NCBI GenBank assembly: GCA_013239625.1
Contig: MU054323.1
Location: 10,261,186 to 10,325,185 of the forward strand
Reading direction: 5' to 3'
Length of the DNA: 64,000 nucleotides
Source: Lama guanicoe
Lineage: Eukaryota
Shown here: positions 53,101-64,000 of the stretch, piece by piece
How positions within the stretch are numbered: position 1 is the first letter of the stretch
Layout of the letters: each line of letters begins with the position of its first letter
Translations under genes and position numbers: made by a program
The notes under the pieces: generated by a model
Databases searched by the model: none
What the model was told of the DNA's origin: nothing
What the model saw: only the letters and a program-made list of their open reading frames with translations

Positions 53101-55655
53101 AGCAGAAAGAAACAGCAGGTATCTTGAGATGCCCAAGGGCAGAGGGAGTAACTGGCCACCTGGATGGAGAGATATATGCCCTGGTCAAGGCAAAGGATTT
53201 CCAGCCATAGCAGAGGGTCTGGGGAGAAAGGTACATCTCCAAAGAAACCACAGAAGTGCCCTCAGTGAAAAATAGTAAGCCTTAGGTATTTGCCATATTT
53301 AGAGAATACCAATGTAATCAGCATAGCAGTCCAGGTCAAGCAAGAGCTTCCCTATTCCTCGTATCTCTTCTCCCCTGTGCTCAAGACCTTAAAGGGCCAG
53401 AAGGCAGCAAGAAGAGGAGCAGAGCTGGGCGATGAAAAGAGAGGTCAATGATTACCCTTTCCCTGATTTCAGGCTTTTCACCTGGAGTAGGACCAAGAGT
53501 GGTGGGGGGAGGGGAAGGGAAGCAGCCCTGACTTTAAAGCAAGATGGAAGTTTTGAAGGGACGGGCATTTTGATTTCTAAATAAGTCTGTGTTTTGGGTT
53601 TTGAAGTGGCTGGAGAATTGTCTATATTACCCTTAGAGTGACCAGACAAGCAGTGGGGTCTGCCAGAGTTCTCACTCAGTAGTCCACACATGGAGGCTCA
53701 ATGAATGTGGGTTCCTAGACTCCCCTGCAGCAGTCAACTTGACAGATTTGCACCTGCCATGCCTTTTTCTGCTTCTGTGCTTTTGATCCTTCTACTTTCT
53801 CTACCTGCTCTTTCTTTCTTGCCACGTAAATTAAATGTTTTTTTTTTCAGGGAGTCATTTTTTATCATTTGTCTCAGGAACGACTACCCTCTTGTCTGAA
53901 ATCTTAAAACCGAGGCCACTGGGATCATCACATGGTGTAGCCCTGCTACCTTGTCTTCTTTCCTCCCCCCAGGCCCCTTGGACTACAAGTTCCTTCAGTG
54001 CAGGGACTGTCTTATTCATCTTGAATTCAGTAGTTGTCAAGTGTAAGGCATATGGTAGGAGCTGATCAGTGTCAGAAGGAATAAAAATGTATCCATATAC
54101 AGGACGACCTTCCTGTCTCTACTAGGTCTCTTTCTAGGGAACAGAAACCAACTTTGCATCCTGCGAAGTTCCTTAGCACTTTCCTCCCTTCCAGGAGTCA
54201 GGTTCCAGGAAAGAGGAGAGGATCTATCCACTTCATAGCCAACTGGCTATACTCAAAAATTCATACCTCTCAGCTGTTCTTAGGAAACTAGATTTGAAGT
54301 AGAGTCTGCTAGAGGCATGGGCATGTCAGTGAGATGCAGCCCTATCATATGGGGCCATTGGCCAATGACTGCTGAGCTTTCTCCATTTCCCTGCACTATA
54401 CTTTTGGACAATAAGCCTGGTCAGGAGAGAACTGGGCTGGCTCCAAGGGGTGGTGCTAAGGATAGTATTCTTAACTCCTGAGGAGGTCCACCAGGATCCC
54501 TCTTGGTATCAATCCTTGGGGGAGATGACCACCCATTCATTCAACAAATATTTATTGCATACCTACTCTGTGCTGCGTATAACTATCTTTCCTGCCTTCA
54601 TGGAGCTTACTGTCTAGTCAGCAAGTCTGAATTTAAATGAGTAACTGCAAATGTGCTGAGTATAGCAAAAGGGAAGGTAATCAGAGTCACTTGACAGTGA
54701 AGACATAGAACAGTCAAGTCAAAACTGTCTTGCCATAAGATAGGACTTGGGTCAAGATGGTCACTTGACCCAACTGTTGGGAGCTATGGATAAATAGAAG
54801 AATTAAAACTTAACTTTCCTTTCATCTTACAATATTACCACCTATGTTTAGAAAACATGTATCTACAGCCAAACTCAAGCCAAGGTATATACTATCTGAG
54901 TTTCGGCAAAGTCTAGTTCTAGAAACAGATGCAAAGGTTTAGAATAAGATTGCCTGCTGGCAGCCAGTGAGCAGCTAGCAAAGGGTTTTTTTTTTTTGGC
55001 CATTTATTTTTTCATCCACGGAGTGTTTGATAAGGTGAGCAGACGCTGTCCTTCAAGATTCAAGCCATGCAGAATCTATAGTTTTTCACCTGGCTGACTT
55101 TTCACCTGTACTTATCCCCAGTGATTCCAGATTCTGCCTCTAAGGGTTGGTCAGTGCTTTGCTACTGGGAGGTGGGGAGGGATCTTAAGGCTGGTGTCAT
55201 TGGTGTTACCTGGAAACTCATTAGAGATGCAGACTCTCTGGCCTGACCCTAGACCTACTGCATCAGAATCTGCAGAGAAGCACAGAGCTAGAGAGAGGCC
55301 TCCGGGGCCTTGACCCTCTGCCCCAGGCACCTGTGACCCATCCCACTTCCTTTCCACAACAGACCAGAAGCAACTCCCCTTTGAATCAACATTCGTTCTC
55401 CAGCAGCTTGTCAGACTGTCGTTGTCTCCTTGCTTGTTGACAATGGGATAAATTGGAGTTTGTGCTCCAAGGCCAAAGAGAATTAACTGTATGACTTTAA
55501 GCCAACCTCTTATTCCTTCTGAGCCTGTTTTCTTGTAGACAAACTTGTGATAATAACTGTACCCTCCCTGCTGGCCTTGAAAGGTGGTTATAAAGATTGA
55601 GTGAGATAAAGAATATGAAAGTAGAGCTCACAGGTTGTGAATGAAATGGTTAAAC

Positions 55656-55833
55656 CTGTGGTTTTTCAACCTCGGTTGCAGATCAGAATCACCTGGGGAG
55701 CTTTTTCAGGACTACCCATGTCTAGTCTCCACCCAAGATTCTGATTTAATTGGCCTTGGGTAGATCCTGGACATTGACAGTTTTTCAGATCTCTCCAGGT
55801 AACTCTAAAGTGCAGCCTAGGCTGAGACCACTG
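55656..55833 (+). mobile_element. MER5B-like hAT MITE (other MER5 fragments near 16640, 27690, 41405, 55190, 56790)
   Basis: ctgtggtttttcaacct..cagaatcacctggggagcttt..agattctgatttaattgg..gtgcagcctaggctgagaccactg. Confidence 0.75.
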
Positions 55834-58414
55834 GGGAGATGGGGCTATTTAGTGCAGGAAGCTGCCTGGCCTTCTCGGTGAGGGGTCCATTTTCATCTTG
55901 GACTCTGAATAAGAGGCAATACTTAAATAGCTGAAAAATGGCTTATAATGGGCCCACCATCACCAAAGCTTAGAAGGAGTGTTTTTTCCTGCAGGGGAGA
56001 GGACCCCGTCCTCAGCAGAGGGTCTTCATGGGCCTGTCACATCAACCCTGGGCAAAGACAGGATGACCTTGAGAGTGAGAGAGCCGTGGGCTGAGGTCAT
56101 GTGAGCAGGGACGATCTGAGGATGCAAATGGGACCAGAACTATCCTCTTTGCCTACAAGGTAAGGTCCTCAACAATTTCTTAATTAGAAGAACCGGAGGG
56201 CTGATGTCTATTCTTACAGAATATCCCTTATTAATTACTTGTATCTAAGTGTATAAAGCAACTGTATGTGGTTCCTAGAACAGACTGAAGACTCATATCC
56301 TTTTCAAAGTCTTCCACTTTCCTTCTACAGTCCTAGATTAAATAACCCTTTTGACATTATACGTACTCATGCCAGGTAGACCTGGTTTGATCTTGACAGT
56401 CAGGTACTCAGAGGAGCCAAAAAACACTCCTGGAATTTGATCTTAATAAGATCAGCTTCTATCTGGGTGGTCTATAGGATAAAGTAATTTATTAATTGAC
56501 TTTTTATTGCATACTAGAGAGCTGCACAAGGCACTTGTACATATGCTCTCATTTTTACACTCACAACATCTCTTCCTGTAGGTAATATCACACCCATTTT
56601 TCAGATACAGAATCTAAGGCTTAGAGAGGTTGTCAGTCAGGCATGATGACTAAGTCCACATGCCACAGAGCTGGATTCCACAGTACGTTCTATGCTCTTT
56701 CTACCGCATCTAGAGTGCTGTGTACATGTAACATGTTATGGTAACACTTAAATCTTTGGGGCTTGTATTGTGAAGATTTTCTAGACACTTGTTGATCAAA
56801 TCGTGGTCTGTGAACCAGCAGTGTTGGCATGACTGGAAGTTTGTTAGAAATACAGGGTTTCAGGCCCTACCCTAGGCCTGCTGAATCAGAATTTATATTT
56901 TAACAAGATCTTACCACAGAAATATCTTCTTATTGGGAGAACTATGGAGATAGTGAATTTTAAACCATTTATAACCTTTATTTCTGCCTTTGCCAGACAA
57001 TTAATAGTCACAAATGAGTGTGTGTGTGTGTGTGTGTGTACGTGCATCTCAAAGGTATTCACATAAGTATAGGAAATCTCATACAAACCCTACATAATAT
57101 TTACAGGAAGTTAACACTTGTTGGAAGCTGTAATGATAAAATTTTTGATCCTTTCTAGAAGTGCCCTAATAGACATAGGTTGTAAGTGACAGCTTTTGAC
57201 TAATAAGCTCTTTTACATGCAGACAGCAGATGAGACAAGTGAAAAGAGACAATGCCAGGAGCACACCACCAGCAATTATAATTTCTGGCTCCAGCCGGCC
57301 TTTCACAAGGGCTTTTTTCCCTCCCTCTCGGAGGGGGGGCCCGATAGACTTTCCAATTATGTGCTACCAGTGTTTGTCATTTTATTAATTAAAGTTCTGT
57401 ATGTAAAGCAGGAGCAGCCTTGTGGCTAGGCTTAATGCTATTATTTCTCTCAGGGCCCTTTCCTTCTCCAGGGGTAATAACTGCAATTTTGTGTCTAGAA
57501 TATGCCCTGTGTTTGCAATGCATACCTCGTGGCAACTTCACAACAATCTCTTGAATCCATAAAAAAAAAATCAGCATGGAATTCAGGCTAAAGTTGGACA
57601 AAAAAGACTCAGTGGTATCAAATAATGTCTGTTCGAATGCAGCACCCCCAAACGTAGGGAATGCTATGGGGGGATGCTCTACCTTTGTTTGAATTTCTGA
57701 AGGGCTGCGTGTATTCCAGCATAGAGACAAAACCCAGGATGGATGCTCTAGTGTGTATTTCACTTCAGCAGACAGATGCTCAGAGATGAGCTTGTTTGTG
57801 GGGGGTGGGGTGTGTACTCCCTGGCTATTCCCCATACCGAGGTCCATCCAGCAGTGACTGGACGGCCCGGACTGCGGATGTTGCCAGGGACATCCAGGCT
57901 TTGAATGGAGGTTAAAGTTTCTTCCCAATCTAAGATGCCACAGGGCTGTACTTCTGGGTGTGCACTCATCATTTTAAGAGTTTCTTGGTTTCAATTGGGC
58001 CTTATTCATTTTAAGTGAGAGCACTGACTCACTGCAAAACCCAGTGTTTTTGTACACCATCTTCTAATTCACCTGGAAAATACAAACACCAACTCTCTAG
58101 CTATAAATAGCCTAATGAAAAATCAGTGCAACTCAGCAAGAAGCAGGCCAGATGCAGATTTCTGATAACAAGCAAATAAAAGATGCTGGGAAATACTTGC
58201 AATTATGGAGGCTTAAGAAATGCTGAATTCCTGGCCATGTAGGAGACTTAAAAGACTGAGATCCTTTCTGGAAACAGCGCCCCATGTCTTCTCCTTTCTG
58301 AGGAATCATATTGAAGCCAGAACACCCAACCAGGGATACCCACATGCTCTCTTTGTAAAAACACAGCAAGAAAAACAATGAAGGTTATTTACAAAAGTAA
58401 TAACTGTGGGATCC

Positions 58415-58830
58415 CTGGCTGGTGAAGTTATGGATTTACAGGTATTTTTTCCTTCTGTGGCTTTTCTTTCTTTTCTAAAATTTTTACAATGAACATCTAT
58501 TACTTTACAATAAAAACAATAAATTTAGTGTATGCAACCATTAAAAGCATATTTATGAAGAATAATATTGATATAGGAAATATATCAAGTAAAGAAAGAA
58601 GACACAAAATGCTTACATGGTATGATACCAAGTTAGTATAAATCCTCTCTTTATCTTTCCCTCTGCTCAAATCTATATCTGTCTGGACAGAAATGTACAA
58701 ACATGGTAACAGGGGTTATCTTTGGAGGGTAAGACTACGAGCAATTTCAATTTTCTTCTTTATATTTTCCTAATGTTCTACAATGAATGCAGAGCACTTT
58801 CGTAATCAGAAAAAACAATAAATGTTATAT
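58415..58830 (+). mobile_element. Two tandem ancient L1ME-like 3' ends
   Basis: Two copies of the terminal motif: ttttctaaaatttttacaatgaaca..tactttacaataaaaacaataaa and ttttcctaatgttctacaatgaat..cactttcgtaatcagaaaaaacaataaa. Confidence 0.6.
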
Positions 58831-59666
58831 TGAAAGAGGCATCGAGGGAGGATCCCATCATCACCAGGAAGTGGGAGACGAGAGTGCTAGCGTTCCACCC
58901 GCTCTGGGGAGGCGCAGGTTCTCCTGCCTACACTGTCAGCTTTGCGAGGAAGACCGAGGGCAGGTGGGAGCTTCTGGGGAATCAGGTGGGGTTGTGCTGT
59001 GGCTCTGGAATCAGGAAGAGTATTTCCGTCTCTACTTATGACATAATGTCTCAGGGTCTCGGTCTTCATCTGTGAAATGGGGCCAATCATACACTCCTCA
59101 GAGAGTTCCTGGGAGACTTTAATAAGATTATATGACCCCAGTACCCAGCCTACCAAATACATTTAGCAATGTTAGCTCCTTCCTCCTGCACTGAACAAAG
59201 CAGGCAGGGAAAAACACGTTAGAGAGAAATAGCTCATGAAAAACAGAATAGGACAGCAGGAAGGGTGCTGTGTTAAAAATTTCAGTCCAGTATTTTATCT
59301 TCCATGTTCCCTAGAGAATTACTTTCTCAGTCTTGTAGGAACAAAACATTTTCTTTTGAGTTTCATTGTAATGGGGTGGATCTTGGGCAAACAACCTTCT
59401 CTGTGCCTCAGTTTCTCTGAGAGTGATGGAGACAATGCTGAGAAATAGCTCTGTAATCCTCTGGCTCAGGAACAGGCTCGACTCTATGAAATGAAATTCC
59501 TGCTACCTTCATGAACAGCCATTGAAAAGAGAATGGACTCCAGGCACACAAGTGTCAGCAGGACCCATAGTCACCCGGTGGGTATTCATTCTGACAGCTA
59601 GAGAGAGTCTGCTTTCAACAGGTTGTCCCCGTGCATATGGGCCACATGAAAGTGTCACAACGATCA

Positions 59667-59680
59667 CCACTAGTGGGCGC
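59667..59680 (+). promoter_or_regulatory. Candidate CTCF site
   Basis: CCACTAGTGGGCGC matches 13/14 positions of CCASYAGRKGGCRS, with the CpG retained. Confidence 0.45.
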
Positions 59681-60729
59681 CACAAGGGTGCCTGAGGAAC
59701 AGGTGGACTTGGAATGGGACCCAGATCTCTGCCAAGTGCCCAGGAGGATTTTATTCACACCCGTGAGCCTTGACAGTAATTCTTCTATGACTCAGTTTCA
59801 TCATGTAATGGCTGAGGTATTAATTCTGAAAGGCTCCAAGGTATTAAATTAATTACGTCGGACTGTAATTACAATGGCTGTTGATTACTTTAGCCCATTA
59901 GCATGTGTTCTGGCAGCATCAACCACATCACAGTAAGTGGTGACAGAATGCTAGGTTCCAGTGGCTTCCCAGCTCTAGGGACTGAGGTATGAATTATCTG
60001 GGCTCTGAAATCTCAGTAGGGCTGTATTTGTTGGATCCTTGAGAATCAATGAGGAGTCTCCTTGTTCGCTGTTATCCTGGACCACAGTTATGCTCACAAT
60101 TGAGAAGCTACACAGTTAATTAATTAATTGTGATGAAGCAGGTTCATTGGGCATGTCCCCCTGCTGCTCATGCCGGCATTGTGCAAAATAATGCTCCCAA
60201 GCTGCCTGCCTGTTGCTAATTGACCCAGAGGAGAAAAAAGAACATACACCATGTCTGAATTATGTCGGCAGTGACTTTTTCACGCCTGTGCAGAGTAAGA
60301 GGGATAATAATAACTGCTGCCATTCATAAAATGTAATATTGTAGAGATTACAAGTTTTCTTATTTTCATCTGATCCTTACAGCAAGTAATACAAACACTT
60401 TTATCCCTAATTAGGGGGACTGACTTGCCTGCGGTCTTATGGCTCAATAGGTGGCAGTGCTGGGATTCAAACTCAGGTGACCTAAGTCTGGTGACCTTAG
60501 AGTGTTTGCAGGTTTGACTTTGGAGTTGGACAGACCTGTTGTGAATCCTGGCTGCTAATCTCTTATTAGCAAGGGTGACTAGCAAGTCACTTAAGCTTTC
60601 TAAGCCTCAGGTTCCACATCAGTAAATGGGGGTCACAGTTCCTCACAAATCTATTTTGGTAATGAGATAACGCACGTGAAATTTAGCACAGCGCCAGCCA
60701 CACAGGAGGGGATCTCTATCTTAAAAATA

Positions 60730-61075
60730 CAGCAGTCCTCCTCCTCCTCCTCCTCGTCACTTTCTGTAGTTTCAGTTACCCACAGCCAACTGCAGTCCGA
60801 AAATATTCAATGGAAAATTCCAGAAATAAACAATCCATAATTTTTAAATTTGCACCATTCTGAGTAGCAGAACAAAATGATGAGATCTCGTGCTGACCCC
60901 TTCCATCCCACATGGGACATGAATCATCCTTTTGCCCATTGTATTCACACAGTACATACTACCCACCCATTAGTATCGGAAAAACAAAGTACATAAGAGT
61001 TAGGTACTATCTGTGGTTTCAGGTATCCGCTGGGGGTCTTGCAATGCATCTTCCCATCAATAAGGGAGGCTACTA
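60730..61075 (+). mobile_element. MER44A-like (Tigger7-family TcMar MITE)
   Basis: TA-flanked. gtttcagttacc..gtccgaaaatatt..tggaaaattccagaaataaacaat..tgaatcatcc..ggtactatc..ggtttcagg..ctgggggtctt..ataagggaggctact. The left TIR has expanded into (CCT)n. Confidence 0.85.
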
Positions 61076-63266
61076 TACTCCTTTAATTACTTTGCAGTTA
61101 TTAAGGGTCCCTCCTGAGCCCCGAAGTACAAAGATTTAGGGTGTTAGAGGGCTCTAGTTAAGAATTTTGGCTTGCTTTTTAATGTAACATAGCCAAGTGG
61201 TTCATAACTTGGAGACCAGGATCTGTCATACTGAAAGTAAGTGTTCTTAACTTTTCTGCTGAATAAACACCCTGAAGAGATCCCAGATTCCTGCGGTCTG
61301 TCTCCTGCACAGCTGGCCATGTGGTGGGTTTGAAATGAGTACCTTTGGGCCCACTGCCTGAGTGAGGCCCCACTGTGCCCTTCCCTTCCTCAGCCCTGCC
61401 GCCAGGTTCCTCAGCCAACCCAGCCAAGCTCCGTGCTGCCTTTCTGGTCCCGTCCCGGCTGCCTCCCTTGTTGTCCAGAGGGCGCCGCCCCTGACCAGAT
61501 CCTCGAGAGTCAGGATCCTTGGCAGCATCACCGAAGTCAGACAATAACAGTAATAGCAGCAGTGGATGAGCAGAAGCCACGTTTATTAAGCATCTACTCT
61601 GTGTCCAGATATGGGCCAAGCACTTTTTCTATCTCATCTACTTGTTTCTCTCAACAGCCCTGCAGGGGATACTGAAGCTAAGAAGAGTGAGGTGATTTGC
61701 ACAAGGTCACCCCGCTAGAAAGTGACAGGATTCCACCAAGGTCTATGTGACCTCAAGGCACTGCTCTTTCCACCACACCACACTGCCTCAGTGATGCTCC
61801 TTTTGTCCTGGCCCCGCAGGACCAGCTGGAGTCCTCTGGACACGGGAGATGTCATGGCTGTTGGGCCTTGGGGCAGGAGGGAGGCAGCTGCCTGGGGCTG
61901 CCACACTGCTCTGACTTGCTTCAGACGTCAGCATCACCCCACGGGAGCCAGAGGGGCACCGTGCTTCCTGCCAGGCCGACCATGATGTCCCAGGCAGAGA
62001 TGGACAGCCCAGCTGGATGTCACTTAGCTAGCTAGCTGGTTCTTCAAAGATCCCCAAAGCTGGAAGAGGAGTGGTGCAGAGAATGTGAAAACAAGCCCTG
62101 CCAAGTCTAGCTGAATGTGCTCTTAATTCAGACAAACACTGAAGCCCGGAGCTGTCCAAAGGTGAGCAGGACTTATTCATGAGTCAGTGAGTCTTCTGTC
62201 ACTGCAGTGAATGTCACAGCGTTCACTGAGATGGGAGCTGGCTATCCAGTCCTCAAATACCTGACAAAGGTGCTCAGGCTCGTGGGAGAGGGATTGGGGA
62301 TAGTGTTACTCCAGAATCCCCCCAGCTCGGCACTGGGCCCCAACTACTTAAAAAGAGGGTTTCTACAGCCACCACGAAGTGCTTGTGCAGCACTGCTCAC
62401 ACACATAAGGGTGGAGGCTGCCCTAGGTGGACTCGGAAGAAGCTGCCTGTTCTCCTACTGGTCAGCCAAGACACAGGGGAGGATGGGTGAGTAGGAAGAG
62501 GGGAAGGGTGCCACTTCCTTTTCCCCAGGTGGGCACATGTTCTACATAGAAGATGGGATGGATCCAGGAAATGACAACTACATCCAGGATCAAGCTCCCA
62601 AGGCCTCTTGGAATAGCTTCTTCTTCCTGATTTGCTAAGTGACAGCACGTGGGGCTGTGAACAAGGCACAAATGACACTGGAGTCCTGCGGATGAGTGGC
62701 AACATCCCCATGGTTGCTCAGGAATCAGACTCAGCGACCTGAAGAGATGAGGTAGGTAACTAGTCTGTTACAACATGATTGGTATTAATTTCCTTCCTGC
62801 CTCCAGAGATGAGGAATCATCTATGGTGAGGTAGAGTGAGGGCTCTGAGTTACATGAGTGCCATGCCAGTCCTCAGGGATGCTTTTAAGGCCCACATCAA
62901 TTGCTGGAAGCTGAGAAGGTACCACCTGCCCCCGGCAGGGGCAGGACAATGTGACAGAAAGAGCATGAGGCTCGGAGTCATAAGCTCTGACTTTGATCTT
63001 GATCTTGCAGGTACTGGCTGTTCACCTCTGGGTACATTTCTTTCCTGTCCCGTGGAGGTGGGCTGCTCCCATCCCCTGGGCAGCCCTGCACGCACCCTCG
63101 AGGATTTAGTGGGCCTGACAAAGGAAGAGACAGCCCTTCAGCTTTGGTTTTTGCCTCTACCTCAAGCCACCCTTTAGTAATTATTATTACTCTTTTTCTC
63201 CTTTCCTTGCCTTTCCAAGGGGCATACTGCCATTGAGTTTAATAAACCGTTAAAACACAGCAGTCA

Positions 63267-64000
63267 CACAGCATGGTATTGGTACAAAAACAGACATATA
63301 GACCAATGGAACAGAATAGAGAGCCCAGAAATGAACCCACAAACTTTTGGTCAACTAATCTTTGACAAAGGAGGCAAGAATATACAATGGAATAAAGACA
63401 GTGTCTTCAGCAAATGGTGTTGGGAAAACTGGACAGCAGCACGTAAAGCAATGAAGCTAGAACACTCCCTTACACCATACACAAAAATAAACCCAAAATG
63501 GATCAAAGACTTAAACATAAGACAAAATACAATAAACCTCCTAGAAGAAAATATAGGCAAAACAGTATCTCACATACATCTCAAAAATGTTCTCCTAGAA
63601 CAGTCTACTCAAGCAATAGAAATAAAAGCAAGAATAAACAAGTGGGACCTAACGAAACTTACAAGCTTCTGCACAGCAAAGGAAACCAGAAGTAAAACAA
63701 AAAGACAACCTACGGAACGGGAGAAAATTTTTGCAAATGAAATCGACAAAGGCTTGATCTCCAGAATATATAAGCAGCTCATACGACTTAGTAAGAAACA
63801 AACAAACCACCCAATCTAAAAATGAGCAAAAGACCTAAACAAGCAATTCTCCAAGGAAGACATACAAATCAACAGGCACATGAAAAAATGCTCAATATCA
63901 CTAATTATCAGAGAAACGCAAATCAAAACTACAATGAGGTATCACCTCACACCAGTCAGAATGGCCATCATTCAGAAATCCACAAATGACAAATGCTGGA
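63267..64000 (+). mobile_element. 5'-truncated, relatively young LINE-1 (ORF2 C-terminal region), antisense to ALK, running off the window
   Basis: [44 protein letters not shown] and [11 protein letters not shown]. In-frame stops (HPI*K*AKDL) at ~63817-63825 show it is inactive. A TT|AAAA site lies just upstream at ~63250. Confidence 0.95.

Noticed and set aside
62148..62169. Second RE1 site
   Set aside because: Only the GGACAGCTCC half-site is present; the partner half is degenerate. The partial match inside exon 9 (~49976-49996) was rejected for the same reason.
63331..63819. Active L1 or domesticated ORF2 gene
   Set aside because: 5'-truncated (no ORF1, endonuclease or RT core in view) with two in-frame stops.

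Overview
Mammalian genomic DNA (64 kb) lying entirely inside the ALK (anaplastic lymphoma kinase) receptor tyrosine kinase gene, which is on the minus strand. Five coding exons have GT-AG boundaries and lengths of 170, 95, 129, 163 and 151 nt. They splice into one open 236-codon frame matching ALK exons 9-13 (human-equivalent residues about 550-785, from my recall of the human protein): the C-terminal part of MAM2, the linker, and the start of the TNF-like/glycine-rich ligand-binding module. The rest is intron, filled with ancient eutherian repeats (L2, MIR, MER5, MER20, MER44, MLT1, L1M) and younger L1 pieces. Two tRNA-derived SINEs resemble the camelid vic-1 family, and I saw no Alu, B1/B2, BovB/Bov-tA, PRE or Can-SINE, so the source is probably a camelid (inference). 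I found no new gene system; nearly all listed ORFs are chance ORFs. The most notable unexplained items are: a RE1/REST site with two near-consensus half-sites and a non-canonical 8-bp spacer in intron 9; an unidentified ~0.9-kb poly(A)-tailed, mRNA-like insert in intron 11; a 135-bp TSD-bounded retroposed fragment splitting a MER5A; a symmetric exon 11 carrying the ectodomain shedding site; and several candidate neural regulatory motif clusters. Repeat family names and most repeat boundaries are by eye and approximate.
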